DNA from: an uncultured bacterium
GTDB lineage: Bacteria > UBP14 > UBA6098 > B30-G16
Length of the DNA: 46,518 bases
Assembly (NCBI GenBank): GCA_965552135.1
Contig: CBEVQY010000025.1
Span: forward strand, 1 to 46,518
Reading direction: 5' to 3'
The notes under the pieces were generated by a model. It saw nothing but the letters and a program-made list of their open reading frames with translations. It did no database searches and had not been told where the DNA came from. The translations under genes and the position numbers were made by a program. This document shows, piece by piece, positions 44,300 to 46,518 of this stretch. Within the stretch, counting starts at the first letter, position 1, and each line of letters opens with the position of its first letter.

Positions 44300-46518
44300 T
44301 TATGGTTTTCGCACCTCGACGGCGCGCCTGAGCGCCGGGGCGTGCATCGCCCTCGACCCGCCGGGGAAGCGGAGCGTGCAGTCGCCCGTCACCGCCACCC
44401 AGTAGCTCTGCCCAACCGAGGCGTCGCCCGAAGCCATGTAGTAGGTCATGGCGTCGGGATCGAATCCGAAGAACCCCGGCACGGCGACGGGAGGGTCGAA
44501 CTCGGCTTCGGCAAAGGGCACGCTCCCCGAGGCAGACCACGGAACGCCTATCATGTTCCATCCGGCTGGCAGGTCGACCACAACGGTATCGGCGGGCAGA
44601 CCGACAAGGTCAAACGTCGTGGGCGACACGAAAAGCACGAAGTATCCGCGCCCGGGCTCGACGGTCGAGGCGGGCACGTAGCCGCCAACAGCGGGATCGT
44701 ACGTGAAAACGCCGAGGTTGCCGGGGAACGCCGCTGAGGCGGAGTTATCCGAAAGCTGCACAGGGACCGAAAGCATGTGCCACGCCGCCGAAAGCTCGTA
44801 GTGCGCGCTCACCGACTCCACAACCTCGGGCGCGTGCACGTCGAAGTAGTCGAAGAGGATGCGCCTGACGAACTCCTCCACGGTGTTGGGCGGCGTTCCG
44901 TCGACCATCGAGAAGGGCGTTGTGGCAAGGAAGACCGTCTTAAAAGCTCCGGCGTCGTACGAGACGCCGACGACGCCGCCGATGCCGCCCACAAGGAGGG
45001 TGAGGAGTGTATCCGCGCCGCCCAGTGCGTCGGCGTAAACCGCCCAGTTGGGAAACGGGTTCGTCACGTCGTACGAAAGCCCATCGGCAAAGCCGTGACC
45101 GATGTACGAGCCCGCGGTGTCGGACACTATGGTCCACCTGTCCTGCCAGGTTGCGTCCAGACCGAGGTAGTCGTGAGGGAACTGCCCCGGCGAAAAGCTC
45201 GAGGCGCTGCCGTAGCGATCCCAAAGGTAGTCCTGCGCAAAGAGGGCAAACTTCCCTCCGCCGTCGAGGTAGGCGGCTATGTTGGCTTCCTCGCTGTCGG
45301 AAAGCGTCCAGCCACCCTGATAGCCGACCCCGCAGTTCCAGATGACCGCCTGATAGCCCGAAAGCCCATCGGCGGAGATGAACCACCCCGGATCAAGGTC
45401 CACCGCGTTGAACGGAACACCTATCGCCTCAAGGAGCCTGACCATCCGAATCCCCTCATCGGGCGCGGAGGGGATGGCGCAGCTCCCGTCGTCGTCGACG
45501 AAGAGGACCCAGGCGCTGTCGTTGTAGGCAAGCGGAAGCGCCGCCACCGTGTCGGAGGGGTCGGAGTAGCCGTGGTCGTAGTAGGCGACCACGTAGTAGT
45601 AGTGCAGCGTATCGTTGGAGACGCCCTCGTGGACGAAGTAGGTGGTATCGGGGTCGTCGATGGTGCCGACAAGCTCGAAGGCGTCGTCTGGGTCGGTGGA
45701 GTGGAAGACGGCGTACTGGAGGAGTCCTTCGGGTGCAGCGGGCGCAAGAAGCGGTCGCGGCAGCGGGGCAAACAAAGCCCTGCTTTCGGGGAAGTCGCCC
45801 GACCAGACAGACGCCGCTCGCTTCACCGCAGGGCGCGACGAAACCGAAATGCGCATCGTGCCCTCAAAGTAGCGGACCACCACGTACATCATCTCCTCGC
45901 CCCAGGGCTGCCATGTCCCCTCGGAGGCGGAGTAATGCCGCGAAACCGGCGGGTCGTAGTTCGGCACCGAGTCGCTTGCGAGAACCGATGGCGCAGAGGA
46001 GAGGAGCCTTACGCCAAGGTGCACCCTCTGCCCGGGCCAGAGGACCACAGCCAGATCAGACACGTCGACCTCCGTCCACTGCGCGCCCGCCGTCGGAGAG
46101 AAGGGGACGGGGGTCACAACGACCGAATCGGCTATCTCGTTGTCGAAGTCGGGGTACCCCTCTCCGTCGTCGAGCCAGAAGTGGAGCGAGACGTCGGGAT
46201 AGTAGCCGACGGAGTCGTAGAACATTATCCCCACCGTCTGCAGCGTGCAGGGGAACCAGACCTCGAACCACGTGTCGAAGATATCCCCTGCGCCAGCGTC
46301 CCCCAGGTACCAAAGCGTTGTGGCGTACGGATCGAACCAGTAGAGCTGCTCGCTTGTTCCGGGGTAGCCGTACGGCGGGTCCCAGCGCAGAAGGACCTGA
46401 CCGTCGAGGTAGCTTGTGGCGACCAGGTTCCTGACGGGGTTGAGCGGGGTGCTGTAGGGGACGAGGGAGAAGTCCTGCACAAGGTCAGAGGTTATTCCGA
46501 CGGTGACCTCCTGCGGTT
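44300..46518 (-). CDS. Secreted multidomain protein, 5' end outside window: fibronectin-III-like, GAT-like alpha/beta domain and C-terminal duplicated GWNL module
   Basis: Frame stays open to the window edge (PQEVTVGITSDLVQDFSL). PVRNLVA...VLLRWDPP, YYYVVAYY..GYSDPS, VLFVDDDG...AVIW..G...IAAYLDGGGK, LPAGWNMIGVP. Confidence 0.85.
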   Translation of the reverse strand, partial: PQEVTVGITSDLVQDFSLVPYSTPLNPVRNLVATSYLDGQVLLRWDPPYGYPGTSEQLYWFDPYATTLWYLGDAGAGDIFDTWFEVWFPCTLQTVGIMFYDSVGYYPDVSLHFWLDDGEGYPDFDNEIADSVVVTPVPFSPTAGAQWTEVDVSDLAVVLWPGQRVHLGVRLLSSAPSVLASDSVPNYDPPVSRHYSASEGTWQPWGEEMMYVVVRYFEGTMRISVSSRPAVKRAASVWSGDFPESRALFAPLPRPLLAPAAPEGLLQYAVFHSTDPDDAFELVGTIDDPDTTYFVHEGVSNDTLHYYYVVAYYDHGYSDPSDTVAALPLAYNDSAWVLFVDDDGSCAIPSAPDEGIRMVRLLEAIGVPFNAVDLDPGWFISADGLSGYQAVIWNCGVGYQGGWTLSDSEEANIAAYLDGGGKFALFAQDYLWDRYGSASSFSPGQFPHDYLGLDATWQDRWTIVSDTAGSYIGHGFADGLSYDVTNPFPNWAVYADALGGADTLLTLLVGGIGGVVGVSYDAGAFKTVFLATTPFSMVDGTPPNTVEEFVRRILFDYFDVHAPEVVESVSAHYELSAAWHMLSVPVQLSDNSASAAFPGNLGVFTYDPAVGGYVPASTVEPGRGYFVLFVSPTTFDLVGLPADTVVVDLPAGWNMIGVPWSASGSVPFAEAEFDPPVAVPGFFGFDPDAMTYYMASGDASVGQSYWVAVTGDCTLRFPGGSRAMHAPALRRAVEVRKP

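Noticed and set aside
1..46518. Mobile elements, prophage, rRNA/tRNA
   Set aside because: No transposase, integrase, phage structural gene, terminal inverted repeat or tRNA cloverleaf was recognised.

Overview
A 46.5 kb chromosomal window from a high-GC, diderm, LPS-producing bacterium (lpxK, lapA/lapB, Wzi-like barrel). Signal peptides followed by Gln, FlgD-Ig/T9SS-like C-terminal tails and abundant D-(S/T)-hydrophobic motifs point to an FCB-superphylum lineage (inference). The left half is dominated by large secreted proteins: a truncated Ig-like protein, a 3,210-aa acidic Cys-rich giant and a 1,867-aa CARDB/CTD protein. It also has a five-gene operon (4Fe-4S membrane protein, REC-GGDEF, CocE hydrolase, TPR lipoprotein, Wzi-like barrel) and an AT-richer two-gene cassette (beta-helix and NHL-propeller proteins). 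The right half is mostly housekeeping (ptb, galE, lpxK, sppA, coaD, rsmG, mnmG, lapAB, def, yajC) with some oddities: a stand-alone Schlafen/AlbA_2 gene, a degenerate GGDEF protein with an intact I-site, and an orphan BMC shell gene coupled to an unknown protein. The best candidate for an undescribed system is a modular surface-protein set: three proteins share a duplicated 'GWNL...DP..G.Y...PG.GYWV' module and two adjacent proteins share a second unnamed domain. I found no rRNA, tRNA, CRISPR array, transposase or integrase. All calls come from reading motifs by eye; no database searches were run.
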